This document shows positions 33,144 through 43,998 of a stretch of 64,000 bases of DNA, one piece after another (positions within the stretch are counted from its first letter, which is position 1; the number at the start of each line of letters is the position of its first letter). Below the pieces are notes generated by a model. It did no database searches. It worked only from the letters and a program-made list of their open reading frames with translations, and was not told the DNA's origin. The position numbers and the translations under genes are program-made. The DNA comes from an uncultured Methanosarcinaceae archaeon (GTDB lineage Archaea; Halobacteriota; Methanosarcinia; Methanosarcinales; Methanosarcinaceae): positions 320,001-384,000 of the forward strand of contig CAVSHT010000009.1 in NCBI GenBank assembly GCA_963727895.1, in the 5' to 3' direction.

Positions 33144-33944
33144 TCATTCCTGGTTTTCACAGTCTTCTTTTCCGTGATTATAGGCAGAAGCAATCATATT
33201 TGCAATCCTTGCAGCATATGCCCCCGCAACAAAGCCTGCATCAATATTTACAACAGCAAGTGTTGAACAGGATTGAAGCATTGCCAGCAAAGCAGCTTTT
33301 CCCTCGCCTCCTGCCCCGTAACCCGTTGAAACCGGAAGCCCAATTATAGGTACGTCAACTAACCCTGAAACTATTGTAGGAAGCGTACCTTCCCTTCCTG
33401 CTGCCACCACAATTGCTCCGGGCTTCATGGATTTCAGTTTATGCAGTGCTGGAATAAGTCTGTGGATTCCTGCAACCCCCACATCATAAACCGAAACAGT
33501 TTCGCAGCCCATTTCAGCAGCTACAACCCTGGCTTCTTCGGCAGCTGGTATGTCTGCCGTGCCTGCAGATATAACGCCAACAACTCCTCCCGTATGCGGA
33601 GCAGGAGTGCCGTCATGAATAACTACTGTGCGTGCACGGCTGTTCCATTCGAGATTATCTGGACCAAAAACCTTCTTTAAGGCTTCCAGATGGGGAGGAG
33701 AAACGCGGGTAATCAGGGCTCTTTTACTTTTATCGACCATAACCCTGGCAATTTCAACAACATCTTCAGGCTCCTTGCAGTCAGCAAGAATAGCTTCAAC
33801 TACTCCAGTCCTGTTTTTCCTGTGCGTATCCACTTTAGCTATATTTGAATAGGAAACAAAACCCATACTGCGTAGCTGCTGTTCCGCAGTTTCAAGATCG
33901 ATTTTTCCTTCTTTGACAGAATTAAGTATATCAGTGAGATCCAT
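33144..33944 (-). CDS. larB: Nickel pincer cofactor biosynthesis protein LarB (PurE-like)
   Basis: SAGTAD, DVGVAGIHRL, PVSTGYG, VNIDAGF. Confidence 0.9.
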   Translation of the reverse strand: MDLTDILNSVKEGKIDLETAEQQLRSMGFVSYSNIAKVDTHRKNRTGVVEAILADCKEPEDVVEIARVMVDKSKRALITRVSPPHLEALKKVFGPDNLEWNSRARTVVIHDGTPAPHTGGVVGVISAGTADIPAAEEARVVAAEMGCETVSVYDVGVAGIHRLIPALHKLKSMKPGAIVVAAGREGTLPTIVSGLVDVPIIGLPVSTGYGAGGEGKAALLAMLQSCSTLAVVNIDAGFVAGAYAARIANMIASAYNHGKEDCENQE

Positions 33945-34274
33945 GTACCGTCCTTCAACATGAAGAATTAAATGCTTTAGCAATAAACAGCTTAAATACC
34001 ATTTTATCAGGCAATATTATTATTTTCAAGCAATACTATAATAGAGACTCTTTAGAGTTTCAGACTAACACTCATACATGTTTGATTTTTATAATTTTGG
34101 GTTACGGCTTTGTAATTTTTAAGGTAAAAATTTGAAATTTTAGAGCTAAATGAGTATAGATAACTTAATTTGAATATTAACAGTGGAAAGTAAAATATTG
34201 CATAATATTTTAATAAAGTTAGCTTAAACAATATCTTCATTTTGCTATTTTAAAACTTAGAATTATCCCTGCTG

Positions 34275-35591
34275 TTATATTTGTTTGAACACCTCTTTTA
34301 CCATTGAAACTCTCTTTTCCAGATCAGGTCCTTCAAGTTTTTCTACAACCAATTCAAGCATCGCTGATATATCTATGTGCTGAGGACATTTTTCAAGGCA
34401 CTGTCCACATTGTGTGCACTGGGATGCATATCTGGTTTCTCCAACGAATAAGGTACCACTCAAATGTTCAGCATAGAGAAACTTTACATTGCCTGTATTG
34501 CTAGACATATAGAGATTGTTGTACAATTCAAAACAGAGTGGAATATTAACCCCTGATGGGCAAGGCATACAGTATCTGCAGCCTGTACAGCCTATTTTCA
34601 TCAGTTCACGATACTTCTGCCCTACTTTCTTTATTAGCTGCAGTTCATCTTCAGTCAAAGAATTCGGGTAAGCTTCACCTTCTATCTTCAGGTTCTCATG
34701 AATATGCTCTCCCTCATTCATACCGGAGAGGACAACCGTAACTTCCGAATGGTTCCATACCCATCGAAGAGCCCATTCTGCAGGTGACCTCTTTATCAGG
34801 GCTTCGTCCCAGATATCTTTCACGACTGGAGGAATGATTTTTGTCAGGTTCCCTCCTCGAAGAGGCTCCATAATTACAACGCCAAGACCTCTGGAAGCAG
34901 AATATTTTAGACCCTTTTTCCCTGCCTGATTCTTTTCGTCCAGGAAGTTGTACTGGATCTGGCAGAATTCCCAGTCATAAGCGTCCACTATCCGCTTGAA
35001 ATCCTCCCCTGCGCCGTGGAAGGAGAAAACTGCATTAATTATGCGGCCGTCAGCTTTGGCTTTGTCAAGGAAATCAATGTAATTGATCTGTAATTGAACA
35101 AAATCAAGTTCCGGATGAGCAATTAGAATTTCATCCAGTAATTCCGGTGTATCATGAAAAGACATACCCATGTTCTTTATTTTTCCTTCTTCCTTTTTCT
35201 TCAAAGCAAAACCGAATGTATCGTATTTACATGCCTGCTCATAAGCACTTACACCAATATTGTGAAGCAAATAATAATCAAAAAATTCGACACCACAATT
35301 TTCCAGTTGTTCGTTGAAGATCCTATTCTGATCGTCAACTGACTTTAACATTCTGGGAGGAAGTTTCGTCGCAAGAGTAAATTCATCTCTCTTCTGTCTT
35401 TTTACCAGAGCTTCTTTGATAGCCTCCTCACCCTTAAACCCATGATATGTATATGCCGTATCAAAGTAAGTAAATCCTTTTTCCAAAAAGGTATTTACCA
35501 ATTTGTTTAATGTTTCTGTATCAAATGACGTCTGCTCATCTTTATCTAAAAGTGGTAATCTCATACAGCCAAAACCTAATCGTTTTGCCAT
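34275..35591 (-). CDS. Aldo/keto reductase with C-terminal Fe-S domain; apparent in-frame chimera of two paralogs
   Basis: LGFGCMRLP, FDTAY; the G.I...SFH...Q.Q.N..D segment occurs twice; CTGCRYC.PCP and CTQCGQC..CP. Confidence 0.8.
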   Translation of the reverse strand: MAKRLGFGCMRLPLLDKDEQTSFDTETLNKLVNTFLEKGFTYFDTAYTYHGFKGEEAIKEALVKRQKRDEFTLATKLPPRMLKSVDDQNRIFNEQLENCGVEFFDYYLLHNIGVSAYEQACKYDTFGFALKKKEEGKIKNMGMSFHDTPELLDEILIAHPELDFVQLQINYIDFLDKAKADGRIINAVFSFHGAGEDFKRIVDAYDWEFCQIQYNFLDEKNQAGKKGLKYSASRGLGVVIMEPLRGGNLTKIIPPVVKDIWDEALIKRSPAEWALRWVWNHSEVTVVLSGMNEGEHIHENLKIEGEAYPNSLTEDELQLIKKVGQKYRELMKIGCTGCRYCMPCPSGVNIPLCFELYNNLYMSSNTGNVKFLYAEHLSGTLFVGETRYASQCTQCGQCLEKCPQHIDISAMLELVVEKLEGPDLEKRVSMVKEVFKQI

Positions 35592-35852
35592 TTTATCTCC
35601 CCTATTCAATGATTCATAATGTACTACAGCCTCGAACATTTCATGTAGTCATACCAATATTACTCAACCAATCCGTAACATCTTTTTTCGCATCACTTAC
35701 ACGAGAGCCCTAGATAGCCAGCCCTTTCAAAAGCGTTGCTTTCAGACAAAGTTTTACAATATATTTTTCACTGCAACCTAATCCGCTTCCTTTATGTGTA
35801 CAAAATTTTAGAGTTTTGAAACGGGCTCATAATATAACATGAGTTTCAACAT

Positions 35853-35927
35853 TGACTGATTAATCAATCATTATAGTGATTGATATTATATAAATATTCA
35901 CCGTAGATAAGAGTGACTGATCACTCA
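35853..35927. promoter_or_regulatory. Two TetR-type operators (TGACTGATTAATCA 35853-35866; TGACTGATCACTCA 35914-35927) flanking a TATA box
   Basis: Match the palindrome upstream of the adjacent TetR gene. Confidence 0.65.
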
Positions 35928-35943
35928 TAAAAGAGTGAAAAAA

Positions 35944-36521
35944 TTAATTTTTAGCTATACCTCTCCAAATAATCTGAAATCCATCCTCCAAAACCTGATT
36001 TTCATCCAGTGAGGAATCTGAATCAAGGACAAGATTCACTACCGCTCTGCTACCTTGATAAAACATTGCAATGATCAGATCCGCGGAAAAGTCCCTTATC
36101 TCTCCCTCTTTCATTCCTTCATCCACAAGCTTATGGAGGAAGACATACTCTTTCATCACTTCATCACGTGTAAACTTTGTGATGTAAGGAGATGAGCAAA
36201 ATTGCCCGACAAAATGAAATTCTTCCTGATAGCTAACTCCCCACCTGATTAAATTTAACCATATTTTTCTTAACTCATCCTGAAAGGTACTCTCAGCTTC
36301 AAGATCTGTCCCCATAGCATGGCTCAAGTCTCCTTTAACCTCGAAATACAGGCTATTTATAAGATCTTCCTTTGTAGGAAAATAATTAAAAAGAGTACCT
36401 GTAGCTACACCTGCTTCTTTTGAAATCTGAGCAGTGGATGTACCGTGAAAGCCTCTTTCAGTGAAGAGCTTCGGGCCGCTTCCAGAATGGCTGTTCTTTT
36501 ATCCTTGACATGTTCTTTCAT
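35944..36521 (-). pseudogene. TetR-family regulator with a 1-bp deletion
   Basis: ATG 36521; GCGGCCCGAAG at ~36472 lacks one base; restoring it gives LFTERGFHGTSTAQISKEAGVATGTLFNYF. Confidence 0.85.
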
Positions 36522-36536
36522 ATAGATCGCTACAAT

Positions 36537-36550
36537 TGACTGATTAGTCA
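36537..36550. promoter_or_regulatory. Autoregulatory operator TGACTGATTAGTCA
   Basis: Near-palindrome 15 nt upstream of the TetR start. Confidence 0.65.
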
Positions 36551-36850
36551 GTTAAATAGTAATATTATCTTATTACATATACTTAATGGTACTGATTCAT
36601 AATTATCAGCCAAAGATTTATAATATTTTCTTGCCACAGATATAAAAGAGGGAAATGTCCTTGCTAAAAATACAACCAAAAAATAATATATTGAATCCGT
36701 TTGTATTACATATAATATATAAAAGTAAGGATTTAATTAGAAATCAATAACATATGACTCTAATGAGTAAATAGAAATTTTTAGTTACTCAAACAAAAAG
36801 TATTTAGCGATACATTTAAAAATCCTGATTGTTAATGTGTAGAGATCATC

Positions 36851-37552
36851 ATGCTCATAGTACTCTCATTAGGCGGTTCAATTCTCGCAAAAAATCTTGA
36901 TCCGGATCGTTTTTTAAAATATGCAAATGTTCTCAGGAAGCTTTCGAAGAAGCATACTCTGCTTGTAGTAGCCGGAGGAGGAGAAGCAGCAAGGAACTAC
37001 ATAGAAACTGCCAGGGCAGTTGGTGCTGATGAAGTAACCTGCGACTATATAGGCATTGAAATTACTCGCCTGAATGCACGCCTGCTTGCCGCAGCTCTTG
37101 GACCCGACGCCTGTCCGGAAATTCCAACAAATTACCTGGAGGCCTCAAAAGCTATACGTCCCGGAAAAGTAGTTGTTATGGGAGGTGTCATCCCTGGACA
37201 GACTACGGATGCTGTTGCTGCAATTCTTGCGGAATTTTTGAGGGCTGACCTTCTTACAATTGCAACATCGATTGATGGAGTTTATTCAGCAGACCCCAAC
37301 TGTGACCCATCTGCAATAAAATATGAAAAAATACCTCCTGGAGAACTTATAAAAATTGTAATGGCAATCGAAATGAAAGCAGGTTCTAAATCCCCTGTTG
37401 ACCCTGTGGCTGCAAAAATTATCGAACGCTGTAAACTCGATGCACTTGTCATGGACGCCCGAAATCCTGCCTTACTTGAAGAAGTTCTTGATGGAGAAGC
37501 AATTAAAAAGTCTCCAATATCTTGTGGAACCTGGATTACAACAAAGATATAA
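36851..37552 (+). CDS. pyrH: UMP kinase
   Basis: SLGGS, GGGEAAR, PGQTTDAVA, DGVYSADP. Confidence 0.95.
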   Translation: MLIVLSLGGSILAKNLDPDRFLKYANVLRKLSKKHTLLVVAGGGEAARNYIETARAVGADEVTCDYIGIEITRLNARLLAAALGPDACPEIPTNYLEASKAIRPGKVVVMGGVIPGQTTDAVAAILAEFLRADLLTIATSIDGVYSADPNCDPSAIKYEKIPPGELIKIVMAIEMKAGSKSPVDPVAAKIIERCKLDALVMDARNPALLEEVLDGEAIKKSPISCGTWITTKI

Positions 37553-37973
37553 GAACTCAATACTTAAACCAATAAAAGTTCAAGAAGCTTTAGCATCCAG
37601 ACAAAATATAGTTAAAAAAATCAAAATTGTGTTGGCGCAATCCTTTGAAAGTAAAAGGATATGTCTGCGCCAGCACTCTGATTAAATAGGAATTATCAAA
37701 AATCGAATATTTCTTGCTTACAATTCTTTTATCCCTGATTTCCTGATTTTCAACATATTTTTGGGCAATATCAAAAATCATTCCATTTCCTACGAAATCA
37801 ATAATCCTTAATCATTTCATACTTCATTTTTATATTTTAGAGTCTTCTTCATGATTTTATTTTAATATTAAAACATATTATAGACCTCACCTTAGAATAA
37901 TAATTTGGTTTTCCTTATTGGAAAAAGAGTAATATTTCGAAATAACTAACATATATGTATAGGGGGTTTACAA

Positions 37974-38372
37974 CTGGCACAGAAAACAGTTAAAAGATCT
38001 AAAGATGAGTGGAAAAAAGTACTTACGCCCAAGCAATATCACGTTCTGCGGCAAAAAGGTACAGAAAGACCCTTTTCAGGCAACCTGTACTATAATAAGG
38101 AAAAAGGAGTTTATACCTGTGCTGCCTGCGGGCAGGAGCTTTTTTCCTCGAATACCAAATTTGAGTCTGGATCTGGCTGGCCAAGTTTCTATGATGTACT
38201 TTCGAGTGATAGGGTACAGCTTAAAGAAGATACCAGTTATTTCATGAACAGGATCGAAGTAGTCTGTTCCCGCTGCGGAAGCCATCTGGGCCATGTCTTT
38301 GAAGATGGACCTGCTCCAACAGGGAAGCGTTATTGCATAAACTCTGTTTCTCTTAATTTCAAAAAAGAATGA
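37974..38372 (+). CDS. msrB: Peptide-methionine (R)-S-oxide reductase, CTG start (absent from the ORF track)
   Basis: Open frame [47 protein letters not shown]-like AGGGGG before CTG; in-frame TAA at 37947. Confidence 0.9.
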   Translation: MAQKTVKRSKDEWKKVLTPKQYHVLRQKGTERPFSGNLYYNKEKGVYTCAACGQELFSSNTKFESGSGWPSFYDVLSSDRVQLKEDTSYFMNRIEVVCSRCGSHLGHVFEDGPAPTGKRYCINSVSLNFKKE

Positions 38373-38538
38373 GAAGAAGACAAGCCAAGTGAAAAATGAA
38401 ACTAGGAAGATTTTTTGGTCAAAAACAACCATTGGTCTACAACTTTCGTGTCACTTGACCAAACTATAACTATATGTTTTGAGACAAACTTTTAAACAAA
38501 ATGTTTTGGGGGATTGGATAAAGGGGGCAAGGTAAAAC

Positions 38539-38727
38539 TTGAAACTGGAGAAAGAATATGTTGAGAGAATTGGATTTTTAACCTTTTTGATATTTTACCT
38601 TTTATTATTCAACCTTTTATTTTCATTTAAGGGATCAGATTTTTCAATTTATGCTCCAGGAACACTCATTTTTGCCCTGGTGGGATATTGGTTTGGGGGA
38701 ATCTTACATGAGAAGTATTTAAAATGA
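38539..38727 (+). CDS. Small two-TM membrane protein
   Basis: TTG start after a G-rich RBS; two hydrophobic helices. Confidence 0.55.
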   Translation: MKLEKEYVERIGFLTFLIFYLLLFNLLFSFKGSDFSIYAPGTLIFALVGYWFGGILHEKYLK

Positions 38728-38842
38728 ACAACACGTTTGAAAAAATCCAGATATTACAACCCAATGGACATCTATATAGAAATTTTCTTAAACTTTGAGT
38801 TTCAAAATATTTATTATAGATTATAACAACCTATCGGACTAG

Positions 38843-39488
38843 ATGTTAAAAGCAATAATTTTTGATGTAGATGGGGTTCTCGTAGACTCCATGCCTCTTC
38901 CAGGCAGATGCCTGGGTCGAAGCATTCAGTGAAGTTGGAATTAGCATTACAAGAAAAGATATTTACGAGATAGAAGGCTCAAACAACAAGAGATTAATCA
39001 AATCAATTTTTGAAAAGGCTGGAAAAGAACTTGAACCCTGGCATTTAGAGCAACTGCCTAAAAAAAAATGTGAAGCTCTTGATTTTGATCAAATAAAACC
39101 CTTTGATGGCATAAAGGATTGTCTTAAGGAATTAAAAAGGCATTTCAAACTTGCCATGGTTTCCGGATCACATGCTGATACAATAGACAAAATTGTTAAT
39201 AAGTTTTTTCCTAACTATTTTGACGTAATAATTACAGGAAGTGATCTTGAGCGTGGAAAACCGGACCCAGCCCCTTACCTCAAAGCCCTTGAGAAGCTTG
39301 AACTAGCAAAAAACGAGTGTATAGTAATTGAAAATGCACCCCTAGGAATAACTGCTGCCAAAAGAGCTGGGCTTTACTGTGTTGCAGTTGCGAGCACACT
39401 TGAACCCGAAAAAGTACAACATGCGGACCTTGTGTTCAACGATCATTCGGCTCTTTTAGAATATCTAAAAAGTCTCATAATAGAATAA
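38843..39488 (+). pseudogene. HAD-family phosphatase with a +1 frameshift
   Basis: FDVDGVLVDS motif at ATG 38843; one extra base at ~38894; downstream GKPDP and VIEN motifs. Confidence 0.85.
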
Positions 39489-40022
39489 TCACGAATTATT
39501 AGTGACGAGAGGTTTTCCTCTCAAATATTTATATAGAAAAAGAGAAAGGAAGTAACATGGGGGAGCTATTTTAACTTCTTACTGATGGCACGGTTTTTGG
39601 TCTGTTCGTATATTTTCGTCCCACGCTACAATTTAGTGATAGTTCTTGATTCTAGATATAGTTTACTTTTTCTATATATATATTGGTTTAGTATTGTTTT
39701 ATGCCCCAAATATATATTTAAAAGATATAATTTTATTTTATTATCTATTTGCCCTGACTTATTTTTTCAACTCACTTTTCCAGTCTTATTTATCCCCTCC
39801 CTTTGAACCTTCTGATTGGCAAAGTTGCGCCCCTACCGTGTTCCCAGGGTATCTTGAATATTTAATTGTGTAGTCAGCCTTTTCAGAAAAAATAGAGTGC
39901 AACATTTCCGAGAAAAGCTTGATACAAATCTTATCACAAAAGATTTGAATGGAAGAAACAGTGTAAAAACAAAGGTCAAAACAGTGAGATTTATAAAAAA
40001 CGATGAGGGTTAAATACAAACT

Positions 40023-40053
40023 TAAAAAAGAAAAAGAGAACCGGAGGGTTCGG
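40023..40053 (-). terminator. mtaCB terminator
   Basis: GAACC-CTCC-GGTTC hairpin followed by TCTTTTTCTTTTTT. Confidence 0.7.
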
Positions 40054-40054
40054 C

Positions 40055-41440
40055 TTAGAAGCCGTAGTTTTCCGGCAGGAAGACTTTAACTTCATTCTTG
40101 TATTTTGTAAGACAGTCGTCCATGAATGTGTCCATGTCGTCTGGAAGAGTATCGAGAGCTGCCTTTGCATCTGCGAGGGCTTTGGTTTCGAACCTTGAGA
40201 GTTCAAGTTTACCGGCTGCACCTTCTTCGACAATCTTGCAGCATTCGACTGCAGCATTCTTTGCTCTGAGGTAGATGTTGTCCCCGTCCTTGACAATTGA
40301 CTGACCGACTCTGTATGCGTTGTCGTATGCAAGCATATAAGCCTGTGGGTCTCTGTACCTGTCGGAGAGCATCATAAGATCCCTGAGAACTTTCTCGTTC
40401 TTGGTTTCAAGAGCAGTGTTCATGAGAGCACAGTCATATGCAAGGGTTTCAGACCAGCACTGAACAGTTGTACCACCGAATTCACCGTGATACTCAACAG
40501 ACTCGTTGGACCAGCAGTCACAGCACTGCATGACCAGGTTACCCATTACGTCAGAGTGAGCACAGGTTGAGGTTTTACCTTCCATGGTCATCGGCATACC
40601 TGTGATGGCTTTGACGATGATGTTTTCATATCCACAGTCTTTTCCGGGCCCTACTGCACCTGCTTCGTATGCAACGAGGGATCTGGGAGCAGAGATTGCC
40701 CTTGCGATAACTGCAATGGTGTGGGCGAGGTTCTTGTTGAGCAGTCCGCCACCAATGAACATTGCGGTGTTTGCCTGAGCACAGTCTGTATCACCTGCAG
40801 AAACAGTGCCGGTCTTCTTTGCAATGTTGGAGATGTCGTTCCAGATCATTTCCATATCAATGGAGCCGAGACAACCAATTGAGTAGAGCATACCAGGGAT
40901 ATCGTTCCTGAGAATTGCATAGTCGAAAACTTCCTTACCACCCATGCTCTCTACAGAAAGCAGGTCTGCACCACTCTTGGCACATTCTTCAAAGGCTTCA
41001 AGGAAGACAGAGTATTTGTCACCTCTGAGCTGTGGAAATTCTCTGTTCTCACGGATGTCACCAATAGTATGGCGAAGTGCACATTTTATGCCATATTCAT
41101 CATGGTATTTTTCCATAATGGTTTTCTGGGCATGTGCGACTTCTGCTCCCCAAGAAGGGTTGTTGGACATCTGCTGAACGTGTTCAGTTTCGAGGATAAT
41201 AGCTGGAAAACCAACCTGAACCATTCTCTCCATAACGTCAGTGGTGATCCTCTCGTATTCCTTTACGAGCTTTTCCTTGGATGCGCCAGCTTCAGGTCTT
41301 GGAGCATAATTAATTTCAGGAATAGTGTAACCTGCACCGATTTCGAGGTCAAGACCTGCCTTTACAGGGTACTTGGATACGCCGAAGGTCATTTCATCTG
41401 CGTTTGCGTATGCCATTGAAGTGTATCTTTTTGCTGCCAT
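40055..41440 (-). CDS. mtaB: Methanol:corrinoid methyltransferase
   Basis: MAAKRYTSMAY start after GAGGTGA; ESMGGKE, GDTDCAQANTAM, GPGKDCGYE; highly expressed codon usage. Confidence 0.97.
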   Translation of the reverse strand: MAAKRYTSMAYANADEMTFGVSKYPVKAGLDLEIGAGYTIPEINYAPRPEAGASKEKLVKEYERITTDVMERMVQVGFPAIILETEHVQQMSNNPSWGAEVAHAQKTIMEKYHDEYGIKCALRHTIGDIRENREFPQLRGDKYSVFLEAFEECAKSGADLLSVESMGGKEVFDYAILRNDIPGMLYSIGCLGSIDMEMIWNDISNIAKKTGTVSAGDTDCAQANTAMFIGGGLLNKNLAHTIAVIARAISAPRSLVAYEAGAVGPGKDCGYENIIVKAITGMPMTMEGKTSTCAHSDVMGNLVMQCCDCWSNESVEYHGEFGGTTVQCWSETLAYDCALMNTALETKNEKVLRDLMMLSDRYRDPQAYMLAYDNAYRVGQSIVKDGDNIYLRAKNAAVECCKIVEEGAAGKLELSRFETKALADAKAALDTLPDDMDTFMDDCLTKYKNEVKVFLPENYGF

Positions 41441-41450
41441 TTTACTCACC

Positions 41451-42227
41451 TCAGTGCTTGTGGAATATATCTCTTAGTTCTTTGACACCTGTAGCTCCTG
41501 CAATGATTGCGTCAGCAATCTTTGGAGCATCAGCGGCTTCTTCACCATAAACCCCAAGTTCAAACTGGGATACAAAGTCCTGATTAACTGCGCCGCCACC
41601 ACATGCGAATGGAATCTTTATTCCGTTTTCAAGGAGCTTATCATTAACTTCCTTGAATGCATACATGGTTGTGGTCATGAGTGCAGTACCTGTGAGCAGT
41701 ATTGGATTCTCTTTTTTAACTGCATCAAGAACTTCTTCTGCAGGTACGTCCCTTCCAAGGTCAACTACATTGTAGCCGTTTGCCCTGAGGAGAGCGGTAA
41801 CGATGTTCTTTCCAATGTCGTGAACGTCACCTTCTGCGACGTGGCAGACAACGGTTCCTTTGGTTTTAGGAGCAGCTCCAGATTTTTCCTTACAGTATTC
41901 GATACCATCAAGCATGGCATCGGCAGACATCATGACATTGGGGAGAAAGATTACACCTTCGTCATAGAGTCTTATGACAACTCCCATACCGACCATGAGA
42001 GCGTCATCGATAAGAGTAATAGGTTCCTTGCCAGCATCGATTGCTACCTCGAGACCCTCGATAACGTCATCTTCTTCTCCTTCGAAGATGGCCTTTGCGA
42101 TGGGGTAAATCAGTTCTTCTTTAGGATAGAGCTCTTCTGCGGCTTCTTCAGGCGATAATGCCTTTTCCAGAGCCACGTTGTATCTGGTTAATATCTTTTT
42201 CAGACTTGCCTCTGTAAAGTCCAACAT
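41451..42227 (-). CDS. mtaC: Methanol corrinoid protein
   Basis: EGDVHDIGKNIV B12-binding motif; GGAGG RBS. Confidence 0.97.
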   Translation of the reverse strand: MLDFTEASLKKILTRYNVALEKALSPEEAAEELYPKEELIYPIAKAIFEGEEDDVIEGLEVAIDAGKEPITLIDDALMVGMGVVIRLYDEGVIFLPNVMMSADAMLDGIEYCKEKSGAAPKTKGTVVCHVAEGDVHDIGKNIVTALLRANGYNVVDLGRDVPAEEVLDAVKKENPILLTGTALMTTTMYAFKEVNDKLLENGIKIPFACGGGAVNQDFVSQFELGVYGEEAADAPKIADAIIAGATGVKELRDIFHKH

Positions 42228-42525
42228 ATTTCTAAACCTCCGTTTTAGTTTTTAACAAAAAGGTTATACTGCCTTCGGGTCTGCAGTCCCAATATGTCAG
42301 TATCGTAAAGTCCCAGCTTTACCTCCGTGAAGTCCTTTCTTTCTGGGTATTCAGCCCTAGAAAAATCTATAAAACACCTGTTCTACAGGATTTTATCACT
42401 AGATTTCCCTCATCATCTACCACGAAAGAAGATAATCCTTCTCACCAGAACTTTTCCTTTTTAATTGATTTGCGTGTCTGCGAATGCAAGAAACACCTAT
42501 ACATTGCAAGAAACGCCTATACATT
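42228..42525 (-). promoter_or_regulatory. Long mtaCB 5' leader region with a 2x20-bp tandem repeat (42485-42524)
   Basis: Non-coding, richer in GC than its flanks; long mta leaders are known in Methanosarcina; TSS not determined. Confidence 0.55.
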
Positions 42526-43137
42526 ATAAGAAGGGGAAATTATCACATATACCATAATCGATGAAAATTTTTCCCGATTTATTATGAAGAAATATAAGAT
42601 CCAAAATTTTGAATTGGATCCATAGCTTTTTGACCTCGAAATTTTTGCGCTTATATACCTAGAGAAACTAGAAACAAATTTTGAGTACTGATTAACCAAT
42701 GTTTAGTATTAATATGCACAAACATAAAACAGAGCAAATATTTTCAAACAATGAGAGTATTTAGATAAAGCCCGTCAAAAATTTCAATGTTCTTGTTGTA
42801 CTCTCTAAATTTCCCATAAATTGACAATACGGTTAGTTAAGATACGAATAAATTAAAAATAGGTTTAATGATAGCGTTTTCATTGGAATAGTGGACTTTA
42901 CCACACACTTTTATATAAAAATTACTGAGTATCGTCCTATTTAAAATTATTAATCCAAACCCTTTTATATAAATGGACATATCAAATCTTCCTAAGATAT
43001 GGCACAAGTGCTTCTTCCTATTCAGGTTATACCAAACCAGAATGGAACTCGAATTTTTCATCCGTCTTTTTGCGGAGATTATAGTGCCAAATCGTAGAGA
43101 TTATATACTATACAAAAACGCGATAGAAGTGGTTTGA

Positions 43138-43998
43138 ATGCAACATGAGTTAATAGATGTCGTATTTCGTTCCCAGAAAAGAAGAGACCTCCTTTTACTC
43201 CTGGGAGAGAAACCAAGAACAATGGAAGAAATTAAGACACTCCTTGATGTTTCTCCCACAGCTATCTTACCCCAGATAAAAAGGCTTACAGATAGTGATC
43301 TAGTTATCCAAAAAAATGGCAGTTATGAATTGACAGATATGGGAGAAGAAGTCTGTAAAAAAGTTCAATCCCTTGTTAATGTCCTTACTTTACTTGAACA
43401 AGGCAATTACTGGATAGAACATGACCTGAGTGGAATTCCAAAGTATCTTCTCGACAGAATAGGAGATCTAAAGGATTGCAAGCTGGTTGAAGCGGATCCA
43501 AGCCATATTTTTGAGCCAAGCACGGAACTTTTGGAGTTTTTCTCCTCATCATGTTATCTTATGGTATTTTCGTCCTTCTACAGACCTGAGTTTCTTCCCC
43601 TTTATACAAGACTCGGAAGGCTGGAATCAGATATAACTCTTATTTTCACTGAGTCAGTACTTGAAAAAATAACTCACAACTATGAAAGGAAAATAAAGAA
43701 ACTTGCCACGCTGGAAAACACTGAACTTTTTGTATGTAATGACGGGATAAAGTTGGCTGAACTTATGGTCTCAGACCGTGGAATGATGATTTCTCTCTTT
43801 GACAGTAACGGTAGGTTTTATTATGATTATATGTGTTCTTCCAAACCTGAAGCAATAAACTGGGCAAAAAAGCTTATTGAATTTTATAAATCAAGAGCCT
43901 GGGAGATAGAAGGAGAGCAATGTATTGATAATTTCATCTGTACCGAGAATGAAAATTCGGAATCTATGATGTTATCTATGATGTTCAGCCTTCACTAA
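43138..43998 (+). CDS. Methanol-specific regulator MsrA-like (ArsR/DUF1724)
   Basis: Winged-helix DUF1724 pattern; divergent from mtaCB as in the known mtaCB1-msrAB layout. Confidence 0.8.
   Translation: MQHELIDVVFRSQKRRDLLLLLGEKPRTMEEIKTLLDVSPTAILPQIKRLTDSDLVIQKNGSYELTDMGEEVCKKVQSLVNVLTLLEQGNYWIEHDLSGIPKYLLDRIGDLKDCKLVEADPSHIFEPSTELLEFFSSSCYLMVFSSFYRPEFLPLYTRLGRLESDITLIFTESVLEKITHNYERKIKKLATLENTELFVCNDGIKLAELMVSDRGMMISLFDSNGRFYYDYMCSSKPEAINWAKKLIEFYKSRAWEIEGEQCIDNFICTENENSESMMLSMMFSLH

Noticed and set aside
38005..38432. ORF-track entries 38005..38247 (+) and 38076..38432 (-)
   Set aside because: Off-frame and antisense shadows of msrB
39557..40019. Short ORFs between the HAD gene and mtaB
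   Set aside because: Early stops and no convincing family; at most remnants
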